Shown here: positions 53,581 to 64,000 of the stretch, one piece after another
How the letters are laid out: each line of letters begins with the position of its first letter
How positions within the stretch are numbered: the first letter of the stretch is position 1
Origin: Octopus vulgaris
Taxonomy: Eukaryota
DNA: 64,000 bases
Direction of reading: 5' to 3'
Assembly: GCA_951406725.2 (NCBI GenBank)
Contig: OX597830.1
Coordinates: 32,922,001-32,986,000 of the forward strand
Notes under the pieces: model-generated
The model's input: the letters and a program-made list of their open reading frames with translations, nothing else
Database searches by the model: none
Told to the model about the DNA's origin: nothing
Position numbers and translations under genes: made by a program

Positions 53581-54078
53581 CGACACCTCTTTTGGCCGAA
53601 AAGGGAAGGCAATTTTTATTTGTCTAGTGGATGTAGCAAAAGAGGTAGCATGGTGGACCTGTTTGAAAGGGCTAAAGACAGACACTTTCCTTTTTAGCCA
53701 AGCCCTCATCAACGTTTACAAGTTTCGCTTGAAAAGTAAGTTGAGGGTAGAGAGGGAAGTGTTGCCTTGTAGCAAGTTTGTTGAAAGGTGGGTGAATGTT
53801 GGAAGAATGGCCAACGTGAAAGGACCAATTCTAAGTGTGCACTGTAAAAAAGAAGAAGAGCTCTTGCTCTGTTGTTCAGGTACCTGTAGCTTTTGTGGGG
53901 TTTTCCACGAGGACCTTAAAGCACCTCTCTATTGGGAGTTTAATTTGTTTAATGTTTAACAGTTATTTATATTGTGTACACACAAAAACCCATTGTATCG
54001 TCTTTTTTTTGTCTTTATGTTGTGGTTTGTCATTTAATGTTTTTGTATGTGGGCCCTTGTGGCCAAAAAAAGAATAAA
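53581..54078 (+). pseudogene. L1/Tx1-like LINE 3' fragment
   Basis: AIFICLVDVAKEVAWW..LIN..KFRLKSKLRVERE..KFVERW resembles the Tx1/L1 ORF2 C-terminus. T-rich 3' UTR ends AAAAAAAGAATAAA. Confidence 0.55.
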
Positions 54079-54205
54079 TTATTATTATTATTATTATTAT
54101 TCAGTAGTATATTTTTTATATTGTGCTTTCACTTCACTACCGAGCACAGCACTGTGTGCCTTGGGTATGTACTGTGATTTGTTTATTATTATTATTATTA
54201 TTATT

Positions 54206-54761
54206 GAGTGAGCGAGCAGAGCATGCCATCAAAGTGACACTGGGGTAAAATATACGAAGCCCAGTATACCCATCATGACTACCCGTCTGATAAGGGTACA
54301 CCAGGCACATGCATCACAACCATATGTGCACGACATGGTGATCTCATATCAAGATAAACAGCACATGACCTTGCAGGTGGAGCCCAGTTAGAATTTTCTT
54401 CAGATCGAGTAACCCATCCCGCTCAAAAGGTCCCTGAATAAGGGTTGTGTAAGGACGTTGAACGAAACACCCATGTTTCCAGAGGTGAATTATTCAAACC
54501 CCAAAGAATCCTTCTCAACACATGGCTATGATGCTCCCCCACTACTTCTGCTCGTGATCAGAGATGCACATATCGTCAGCCACTAAGGGACATGCTCAAC
54601 TGGCTAAGGTCAAACAACTGACAAGCAAATCTGTGGTATTGAGCAGAATATTTGCTGTAGCCCATCTTTTATACCAAAACAAAACAATGTACATGATAAC
54701 ACTTCCAATCAGTTAAGATCAGAAGCCATGAGAGCCACTGCCTGGTACTGCATCAGGGCAT
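54206..54761 (-). mobile_element. Non-autonomous element sharing its 3' ~495 bp with an R4/Dong LINE 3' UTR, embedded in (TAA)n
   Basis: 54206-54701 aligns with 59493-60252, which continues into R4 coding sequence. 54702-54761 is a distinct head that recurs at 21139 and 31520. Confidence 0.8.
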
Positions 54762-54778
54762 TTATACTACATCAGGGC

Positions 54779-54811
<33 letters not shown>

Positions 54812-54851
54812 CATTATTATTATTATTATTATTATTACTATTATTATCATC

Positions 54852-55065
54852 AAGGTGGCGAGCTGGCAGAATCATTAGCATGCTGGATGAAATGCTTAGC
54901 AGTATCTTGCCCATCGCTATGTTCTGAGTTCAAATTCTGCTGAGGTCGACTTTGCCTTTCATCCTTACAGGGTTGATAAATTAAGTACCAGTTGTGCACT
55001 GGGGACGATGTAATCGACTGGCTCTCTTCCCCAAAATTTCAAGCCTTGTGCCTGTAGTAGGAAGA
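54852..55065 (+). mobile_element. SINE D, full length
   Basis: AAGGTGGCGAGCTGGCAGAATCATTAGC..B-box GAGTTCAAATTC..GTCGACTTTGCCTTTCATCC. At least eight copies in the window. Confidence 0.85.
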
Positions 55066-55131
55066 TTTATATTAGCTTTATAGCTATGGCAAAGATTTTT
55101 ATTATCTAAAAAAATCTTAGACCTTTTGTAC

Positions 55132-55448
55132 CAGTGATTCTCAACTGGGAACCATATGATCTTTGAAGGTCCATATAATGCATGAAGGACCATATAAAAT
55201 TTGGTTGTTAAAATTTATGCATAATAAATTGGTTTTACTTCTACAATACACAAAATATTTTTAAAATGTTTTTTAAATAATAAAAATTTAATCCTAGCAA
55301 AATTCTAATAAATCCTAATAATCCTAATAAAAATTAAATCATAAAAATATAAGACGATTTTTGGAGGCAATGAATAGTTATGGGGTTCCAACTGACTAAA
55401 ATAGGAATGAAAGGGATCCATAGTTTAAAAAATGGAAGAGAACCACAG
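55132..55448. mobile_element. hAT-type MITE
   Basis: Termini CAGTGATTCTCAAC and GAAGAGAACCACAG. Flanking 8-mers TTTTGTAC and CTTTATAC (6/8 identical) fit an 8-bp TSD. Confidence 0.7.
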
Positions 55449-56819
55449 CTTTATACCAATCCTTTCAAATGACTGATGCTTGGGAAATTTGGAAGCTGAT
55501 ATTCTTGAAGTAAAATACTTTTATTCTACCAAAATATTTACCAATAACAAAAGTATACTACAAGAATATTGTTTTTAATCTCCATTTATTCCACCAACAT
55601 AAATTGAGAACTAAAGAGGCCTAGCAGTTCCTTGCACCAAAACTTTGTGTCTTTCTTCTAAGGGTTTTGTCATTGCTGCAGATGTTACAAAGTATTGATA
55701 AGACATCAGCAAATATCTGCATCCCAAGCAAGATTTGATATAAGGCACAGATTTACCTGCTCATTTATTTCTTCATTTTTTCTTCATTTTGTTAATTAAC
55801 GGCAGGTGTGTACTTCCATGGAGGTCCCTGACTAGGATTTTAAAATAAAATTTATTAGTATATTGTGGAAGATTAAAAAGACAAAAATAAAAGAGAAAAT
55901 AAGAAAAAAGAAAACCCAAACAGTACAGGAACTTAATGAAAGCTACCAGTAACGAAATACTCCTAAATTTCCTGAGACAGTGGCGGAGGCAGAGGAGAAG
56001 GTAGAGGAGGAGTAGTGAGAGAAATTCTGTTATGGCTGCAGGTTGCTATGTAATTAGACATAAACTGGAAGAAAAGGAGAAAAAGAAAAACTATGCCTGA
56101 TGTCAGGGTTAAGTAGCAGTGTCAGATAGATACAGTTGCCCCAGAGATGATGGAAACTTGAAGAAAACAAACTGAGAAAAATAAAGGTTTCAATAAACGT
56201 GAAAGAAAGTTAATGTTGTTAGTAATTAGGAGACATAAAAATCAGTGAATCACCACCGCGTCTTAACACCTGGACGTACTGCACATGTGTATGTGTGTGT
56301 AGGTGTGTGTATGTGCATGTAGGTGTGCATGTGTGTCTGTGTAGGCACACAGGTGTGTTGGAGCGCTTGTGTGTGTTGTAACCCTCAAGTTGTAACAGTT
56401 TCTCGTCAATTTAGTTAATTTCTCTACAAGTTGATTGGACTGGTGTAAGCAGTTTTCTTCTCTAACTCTTCATTATGATACTTTTTGCGTGTTCTACAAT
56501 TTATTTCCTATTCTATATTTGAAATTGAAGAGATTGTATTTACAACAGATGAACACTGTTTTTGTTAGTTTCACCAAAAGGTAATGGAACAATTACACCG
56601 TTCCATTCAGGAATCATCATTCCAAATGAATGACATAAAGAAGATATTTACATTCTTCATTATGTATTCCCTCCTGGGCAGGCTGGCTTACTGTCATAGC
56701 ATGATATTAAAGCCACTGATCACCAATATATATATTCAAAGACACTTGTAAATAATGTGTAATTACTGATGCCTTGCTCTAGTGCATGCATTCTTTCTTT
56801 TCTTTATATATGGAAGGAA

Positions 56820-56958
56820 TCATCACCATCGTTTAATGTCTGTTTTCATGCTGCCATGGGTTGGACGGTTTGACCAGAGCTGGTAAGCTGAGGGGCTGCA
56901 CTAGACTCCAATCTGACTTGGTTATGGTTTCTATGACTGGATGCCCTTCTTAAGGCCA
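56820..56958 (-). mobile_element. RTE 3' end fused to a U6 fragment
   Basis: Minus strand TGGCCTTAAGAAGGGCATCCAGTC...ACATTAAACGATGGTGATG. Confidence 0.8.
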
Positions 56959-56960
56959 TG

Positions 56961-57022
56961 AAAAAAAATGATGAAGTGCTTTACAAATTTGCATGCTATC
57001 CTTGCATGGGTGCCGTGCAAAT
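56961..57022 (-). pseudogene. U6: U6 snRNA 3'-half pseudogene fragment
   Basis: Minus strand ATTTGCACGGCACCCATGCAAGGATAGCATGCAAATTTGTAAAGCACTTCATCATTTTTTTT aligns without gaps (about 38/52 by manual count) to U6 ATTAGCATGGCCCCTGCGCAAGGATGACACGCAAATTCGTGAAGCGTTCCAT, plus the terminal U-tract. Confidence 0.8.
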
Positions 57023-57207
57023 AATTAAAGCAGTAATTATTTTTATCAACACTAAAAGGATGAAAAACAGGACATGATCTCAAAAATTTGTCACATTAAA
57101 ACAAAACACCTGCCTTTTTGAATCAAGCTTGTTACGAATAAATTTCTGAAATAATTTTTCTTTTAAATTCAAGTAAAAATGGAGCTGGTAAACATTGAAA
57201 ACATATA

Positions 57208-57405
57208 CAGTAGTACCTTACTATATCATGATTCACTACGGCAGTTCACCTATCATGGTTTATTATTTAAGCCTATGTCGATTCCTCCATGGTGTTGTTT
57301 TGCATTTATAATAAAATAAATACATACAAATTATAAAAATATTTTTAAAAATATGCAGTACAATACTGTTTCTACTTTGCTGATTTTCATCTATCGTGCG
57401 TAGGG
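57208..57405 (+). mobile_element. Tigger/pogo-like non-autonomous element fragment
   Basis: TA|CAGTAGTACC start; homologous to 27934-28130. Confidence 0.6.
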
Positions 57406-57419
57406 TGACATGCACTGCT

Positions 57420-57830
57420 TGAGGTCACCTATTGAGTCAACTACATCAACATCAGCAATATCAATATCAAATCAAATAGAAGTTGTAGTTGTGAGCTCCG
57501 TGCCAGTAGCATGTAAAAAGCACCATCTGAATGTGCGCCATCTGAACGATGCCAGTGCCGCTTTGACTGACTTCCATGCCGATGGCATGTAAGAAGCACC
57601 ACCCAATCATGGTTGATGCCAGCTCCCCTGGCCCCTGTGCTGGTGGCATGTAAAACTCACCCACTACACTCTCGGAGTGGTTGATGTTAGGAAGGGCGTC
57701 CATCTGTAGAATAACTGCCAGGTCAGATTGGGGCCTGGTGCAGCCTCCTGGCTTCACAGACCTCAGCCGAACCCATGCCAGCATGGAAAATGGACGTTAA
57801 ACGATGATGATGATGACGATGATGATGCGA
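57420..57830 (+). mobile_element. RTE-tailed element
   Basis: Three TGGCATGTAAAAAGCAC-like UTR units, then the terminal block and (GAT)n. Confidence 0.8.
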
Positions 57831-57962
57831 TGGGGTTTGGAACATAACACCTGTGATAATCAAGGGATTACTGTATCTGCAGAATATTTTTCTGGATTTG
57901 TTTTTCACCTAACTTCTTCAAAGAATTTAAATTTTACTGTCTCTTCCATGGTTATTGTTTTA

Positions 57963-58380
57963 TTCTTTTACTTGTTTCAGTCATTTGACTGTGGCCTTGC
58001 TGGAGCCCTGCCTTAAAGGGATTTTTAGTCAAACAAATGGACCCCAGGACTTTTTTTAAGCCTTGTACTTATCCTATTGGTCTCTTTTGCCGAACTACTA
58101 AGTTACAGGGATGTAAACACACTTACACCGATTGTCAAGTGGTGAAAGGGGTACAAACATTGACAGAAAGAAACACACACATAGATACACACACACACAC
58201 ACATGCACACATATAAACAGGTTTCTTTCAGTTTCCATCTACCAAATCCACTCAGAAGGCTTTGGCCAGCCTGAGGCTATAGTAGAAGATACTTGCCCAA
58301 GGTGCCATGCAGTGAGACTGAACTCAGAACCCTGTGGTTGGGAAGCACGCTTCTTACCACACAACCATGACTGCGCCTAT
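57963..58380 (-). mobile_element. SINE A, full length
   Basis: Reverse-complement match to SINE A. Confidence 0.85.
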
Positions 58381-58399
58381 ACTGCAAGCATCTTTTAAT

Positions 58400-58816
58400 A
58401 TTGGTTTCAAAATATGGCACAAAGCCAGCAATTTTGGAGGAGGGGTTTAGTCAATTACACTGACCCTAGTATTTAACTGGTACTTATTTTATTGACTCCT
58501 AAAAGGGTGAAAAGCAAAGTCAAAAGCGATGAAATTTGAAATCAGAACGTAAAGGAAGTTGAAGTGCCTCTAAGCCCTTTGCCCAGCTCACTGCCTTAAT
58601 AGTGATTTCAAATTTTGGCACAAGGCCAGCAATTTCAAGGGAGAGGGTAAGTCAATTACATTGACCCCAGTATTCAACTGGTACTTATTTTATTGACTAC
58701 CAAAAGGGTGAAAGGTAAAGTCAACCTCGATGGAATTTGAACTCAGAATGTAAAGACAGATGAAGTGCCTCTAAGCAGTTTGCCTGGTGTGCTAATGATT
58801 CTGCCAGCTTGCTGCC

Positions 58817-58904
<88 letters not shown>

Positions 58905-58912
58905 TGATGATG

Positions 58913-58982
<70 letters not shown>

Positions 58983-59490
58983 TGATGATGATGATGATGA
59001 TGATAATAATAATAATGGCAAGTGTGCAGAATCATTAGCATTACACAGAATGCATAGCAGCATTTCATTTGTCTTTATGTTATGAGTTCAAATTCTGCCA
59101 AGGTCAACACAGCCTTTCATCCCTTTGGGGCTGATAAATTACATACTAGCCAAGAACTTGCTGCAACATAATCGACTTGATCCCCCTCCCTTCTAAAACT
59201 GGTGGCCCATGCCAAAGTTAGAAAGAATTATGGTTTATTTTGTTGTTGTTGTTATTATTATCATAATTAAGGTGGTGAGCAGGTAGAATGGTTAGTACAA
59301 ATGCTTAGCAACATTTTTTCTGTCTTTATTTTCTAAGTTCCAATTCCACCAAGATTGACTTTTCCTTTTATCCTTTCAGTGCCGAAATAAGTACCAGTTA
59401 GACACTGGGGGGGGGGGGGGGTCAATGCAATTTACTAAAGTCCTTCACTCAAAATTTCGAATCTTGTGCATATAGTAGGGAGAATTATTA
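58400..59490. mobile_element. Four SINE D copies (-,-,+,+) around an (AAT)n tract
   Basis: 58400-58597 and 58600-58818 on minus; 59017-59230 and 59270-59490 on plus. Confidence 0.75.
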
Positions 59491-59492
59491 CC

Positions 59493-60515
59493 AAGTGAGT
59501 GAGCAGTGTATGTTGTCAAAGTGACTCTGGTGTACAAATATATAAAGCCCAATATACCTATCATGGTGGAGGTGCATGACTTAGTGGTTAGGGTGTCAGC
59601 ATCATTATAGTAAGATTGTAGTTTTGATTCCTGGACCGGGCAACGCATTGTGTTCTTGAGCAAAACACTTCATTTCACATTGCTCCAGTCTACTCAGCTG
59701 GCAAAAATGAGTAACACTGTGATGGACTGGCGTCCCATCCAGCTGGGGAACACATACGCCATTGAAACTGGGAATGGCCCATGAGCTTGGCTAGGCTTTA
59801 AAAAGGAGTATTTATTTATACCTATCATGATTACCAGTCCGATAAGGGTACAAGAGGCACATGCATCACAACCATATGTGTACGATATGGTGATCTCATA
59901 TCAAGATAAAAAGTGCATGATCTTGCAAGTAGGGCCCAGTTAGAATTTTATTCAGGTAAAGTGACCCACCATGCTCAAATGTCCCCGAATAAAGGTTGTT
60001 TAAGGATGATGAATAAAACCTGCGTGATTCCATAGGTGAGTTATTTTAACACCAAAGAATTCCTCTCAACACATGTCTGCAATGCTTGCCATCCACTCCT
60101 GCTCATGATCAGAGATGCACATATTATCAGCCAATAAGGGACATGCTCGACGGGTTAAGGTCAAGCTACTGACAAACAAGTCTGCTGTATTGAACAGAAT
60201 ATTTGTTATAGCCCATCCTTTATACCAAGACAAAACAATGTACATGATAACATGAGGTTGTTGAATGAAGATATTGTGTCTGCCAGGGGTTTGTACTGTT
60301 TATCATGTCACAACAAGGACCTCAGACGGACAGCACTTTACACAATATGCGTGCAGTTCCAAGTAATGCCGACTTTTGCAATAAAACCTAGATTGTAGGG
60401 TATTTCTAAAGTTTTCAGACGTTTTTTTGAGATTGGGTGGTATTGAACCCAATGCTCTGATGACAATAAGGATAACCGTTATGTCTGACTCTCATAGCTG
60501 CCACATCTTAGCAAT
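59493..60515 (-). pseudogene. R4/Dong-type LINE 3' end with long 3' UTR, interrupted by SINE C
   Basis: IAKMWQL..ITVILIVIRALGSIPPNLKK..LKTLEIPYNL..LQKSALLGTARILCKVLSV* at about 60325-60515, then UTR to 59493. Confidence 0.8.
59566..59816 (+). mobile_element. SINE C variant with 13-bp TSD
   Basis: TATACCTATCATG at 59553-59565 and 59817-59829. tRNA-like head and shared central domain. Confidence 0.85.
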
Positions 60516-62702
60516 TATTATTATTATAGTTGTCAATCATTATCATCCTTTCTTACCATATTCTTTACTTATTATGAATGCATATTCTCTTTCTAAGTAA
60601 TATTCATTAGCTGGGACACACAGGAATAGAATTTAAGACAAAAGAGAAAGAAAAACTTTAATAATTGATTGACTATGGAAAGAAAGGTCAAAAATAGGGC
60701 ATAACATAACACTGTAATGAAAACAGCTTCAATGATAAAATAAAAGTGTGATTAATAAATTTCTAGTTACAGATTCCATCCAGCTATGAATTGTATTTCT
60801 TTAGATTAACTTAGATTCCAAGTTGGTTTCTCTAGGGAAAATAGTGAAATAACTTTCTAAAACAATTTGCTTATGATATTGTAAAAAGCATTAAAAAATG
60901 AAGTAGGCAAAAGTATATTAAGTAAAAAGAAAATGAGGTATAAATAAATAAATAAATAAATAAATGAATGAATTGTAAATATCAGAAATGCTCAAAGAGT
61001 TTGCCATGATTTTAATTTACCGAAGATATATCAGAACAGGAAGGAAAAGAAAATAAAAAAAATAAAAAATAAACAATGCAAAAATCAGAACTTAAGTATT
61101 TCATACAAAATAAAATATTTGTCTTCTCTCTATTTTACACACTAGAAGTGTTTTTTATTTAAATTTATTTACTTCTGCTTTGTTTACTTTTGTTTTACTT
61201 TTGGTAGCAGAGAGAAATATATTGTTGAGATAATATGTGGCTTAACTTATGAAGAGAGAACTATGTACTGTATTTTTATTTACAAATCTAACAAATAAAC
61301 AATGAATGGAGACTTTCATTTTGAAAAGATCTAGTTAACATGCTTATCTATTTGTATAAAAACCTATCTGAAGGTAAAGTATAGGTTGAGGCTTTTGCTT
61401 TTAACGAGATGCTAGATTAATTATCTTCTCCATATTTTCTTAAGAAAATATTTAAGGTTTACCAAGCACAGATTGCAAGAAGAACTTTTAAGAAAGGGAG
61501 ATAGCAATTTGAAATAAAAACAAAAACAAAATAAAATATGTAATTCAATAAGATGAAGGAAATAAAGAAGATAAAAAATACATTAAAAAAATGGAAATAA
61601 ATTAAGTGAAAATAAAGAATTATAAGAAAATTAGGAAAAAAAAAGTGTGTAAAATGATAGACAAAATTTCTACATTTTATGTGTGACTGATAACTTTCTG
61701 AGATCTTTAATTAGAAGCAAAGACAAACTAAAATGCATGCCCTGTAATTCACTTCTGGTGTTTTTACCATCTCTGCTTTTCACATTTACGCTTGTTAGGA
61801 GAATAATAATGCTGATTTTTATTACCTTCTTTCGGTAGACATTATAGTACATAATCTGATGCCAAACACAAAAACGACAAGGAAACATCAACATCAACAA
61901 CAACAATTTTTACTACAATACTTGTACTACCACCACCACAACCACCACCACCATCATCACCACAAACAACAACATCAACAACAACGACGCTAATAACAAC
62001 ATCGTTATTCTCATCTTCATCATCATCAACATTAGTGTTATAACAACATATAATTTTTCTCTTTTTAAAGTTTATTGCTATTTTGAAGAGGTTGCATAGA
62101 GTGATTTTGTGTGGGATTGAAGTATGCGTATGCGTGTATGTCAGCAGCTATAGAAATTATCTTCTCTGTGTGAGTCAATATTTGAAGTTTTCTCTTATTG
62201 AAAGTAATTTTTCAGTACATCTGTATTCCTTAGATTTTTGTTTCTCTCTCTTACTTTTTTTTTTATATTTATTTTTTTATATTAATCATTTTTGTGTAAA
62301 TTTTTACTTCAGTTTCATTTCAGTCTAGTTTATTATTACTACAACTATTGCTACTGTTATTACTTCCATTAAAACTAATGATTTGGTATTATCATTATTT
62401 TTTTTACCTATTATTTAATTTATTTTGAAATAGTTATTTGTGGGTCTTTTTTTGTTGTTGCTTCTTTTTCTGTTTTTGTCTTCAGAAATGTCTAAAGTTG
62501 TTTATTATCTTTTAACTATTTTCAGCAAAAATTTGCTCACTAATTTTTTTTTATATAGTAGTTTTGGAGGTTTTAATTTTCTCTGTTATTTTCTGACATA
62601 GTAAAATTCTATCTCCTCTGATCACATTTAACTATTTATCACTTATATAACAAGATACACTAATACTTTCTCTTCTTAACTATGTATTTTATCATCCATA
62701 TA

Positions 62703-62735
<33 letters not shown>

Positions 62736-63913
62736 GAACACCTCCACGTGTGTGTGTAGATGCATATGCATATATACTCATTCATAGTTACATAGACACA
62801 TATATGTATATACAGATGAACATATATATTAATGAAATAATATATCCCACCTCAAAAAAATTATGAATTGAGTGTGTATGAGAGAAAGAGGAAATGTGTG
62901 TGTGTGTTTATGTGTATTTATTTGTGTGTGTGTATACACATATACATATGTATGTGTTTATATATATTATTTTGTTTCAGGTTATTTTTCTTTTCTCTGC
63001 TGTTTGAAGATCTCCAATAATTTCTTATATTCAAATACTGTTTCATAAAACCCACTTATTCAGTTAGCTTTCTCTCTCTGTAATTTCTAAATTAATATTT
63101 CTATCATAAGGAACTGCAGTGACAAACTCTCTCTCTCTCTCTCTTACACACACACATACATACACACACATGAAGTTCTTATGGTTTCTACTGATACAAA
63201 CCATTTGCGTGTTCCAAATTTTCTCTTTGACAGGAATGTTATTACTATTTTGAACTTTATGGAAAAAATATGAAAAAATCAATGAAAGACATATAACAAT
63301 AGATTCTTAGCTTTTGTATAGAGGTTGAGTTCTCATACACACTAATACATGCACATACAGACTCATGGGCATACATACACAGGCATGCCCATACAGAAAT
63401 ATATGTCTATATATATATACATATGCGTATGCATACATAAAGGCATGCATGTGCTCATGCATACATACTTGAACATACATACATATACATACATTTATAT
63501 ATCATATATACATACATTCATGCATACATATACATACAAACATATATATACATACATACATAACATATATAAATATATATTTACATGCACACATATGGTA
63601 CAAATATTTATATGTAACTAAATATATGTAAATGTATGCAAGTCCCTTGTAATAAAATTCCTGATTGTACCTTTTTCTACAATAAGGATGGATTATTCTC
63701 CAATGTTCCATAAGAGATAGACATTCCCGTTTCAAAAAGCAAAAATCGAAAATAATTAAACTAAAAAAAAGGACCAGCATATGGAAATTTCCTACTAAGA
63801 CCATAAAATTTTTAAATATATTAACAAGATGAAATCTCTCACTCTCTCTCTTTGTATATATATGTATATATATATTTATACATACACATACACACACATA
63901 TATATATACATAA

Positions 63914-63944
<31 letters not shown>

Positions 63945-64000
63945 TATACACACATATATATATACATATATATACATACATACACACACACACACATATA

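Noticed and set aside
54702-54761. Similarity of the element head (+ strand) to U2 snRNA segments
   Set aside because: Only two short, non-colinearly spaced matches, on the strand opposite to the element; not distinguishable from chance.

Overview
AT-rich, microsatellite-saturated eukaryotic DNA. The interspersed repeat families look like those I associate with Octopus (coleoid cephalopod) genomes; this is recognition, not a database result. No host protein-coding exon can be identified with confidence. Almost all ORFs in the supplied track are translations of (TA)n, (CA)n, (TAA)n, (GAT)n, (GGT)n, (CT)n and (TATC)n repeats. The window reads as intronic or intergenic DNA carrying: three tRNA-derived SINE families (here called A, C, D); many 3' ends of an RTE-clade LINE ending in (GAT)n, plus RTE endonuclease and RT-thumb fragments; four divergent R4/Dong-type restriction-like-endonuclease LINE 3' ends in (TAA)n tracts, plus a non-autonomous derivative; CR1 and L1/Tx1-like fragments; a Penelope-type GIY-YIG fragment and hammerhead-like motifs; DD37D (maT) and mariner transposase remnants; a Helitron-type, a hAT-type and two Tigger-type non-autonomous elements; and a U6 snRNA 3' fragment fused to an RTE tail. 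The most notable observations are the U6-RTE chimera, the TAA-associated R4 LINE with its short hairpin-headed derivative, RTE 3' UTRs that spawn minisatellites, a dense STAT/kB-like motif array, and several candidate small exons or splice signals on the + strand. All alignments and translations were done by eye, so coordinates may be off by a few bases.
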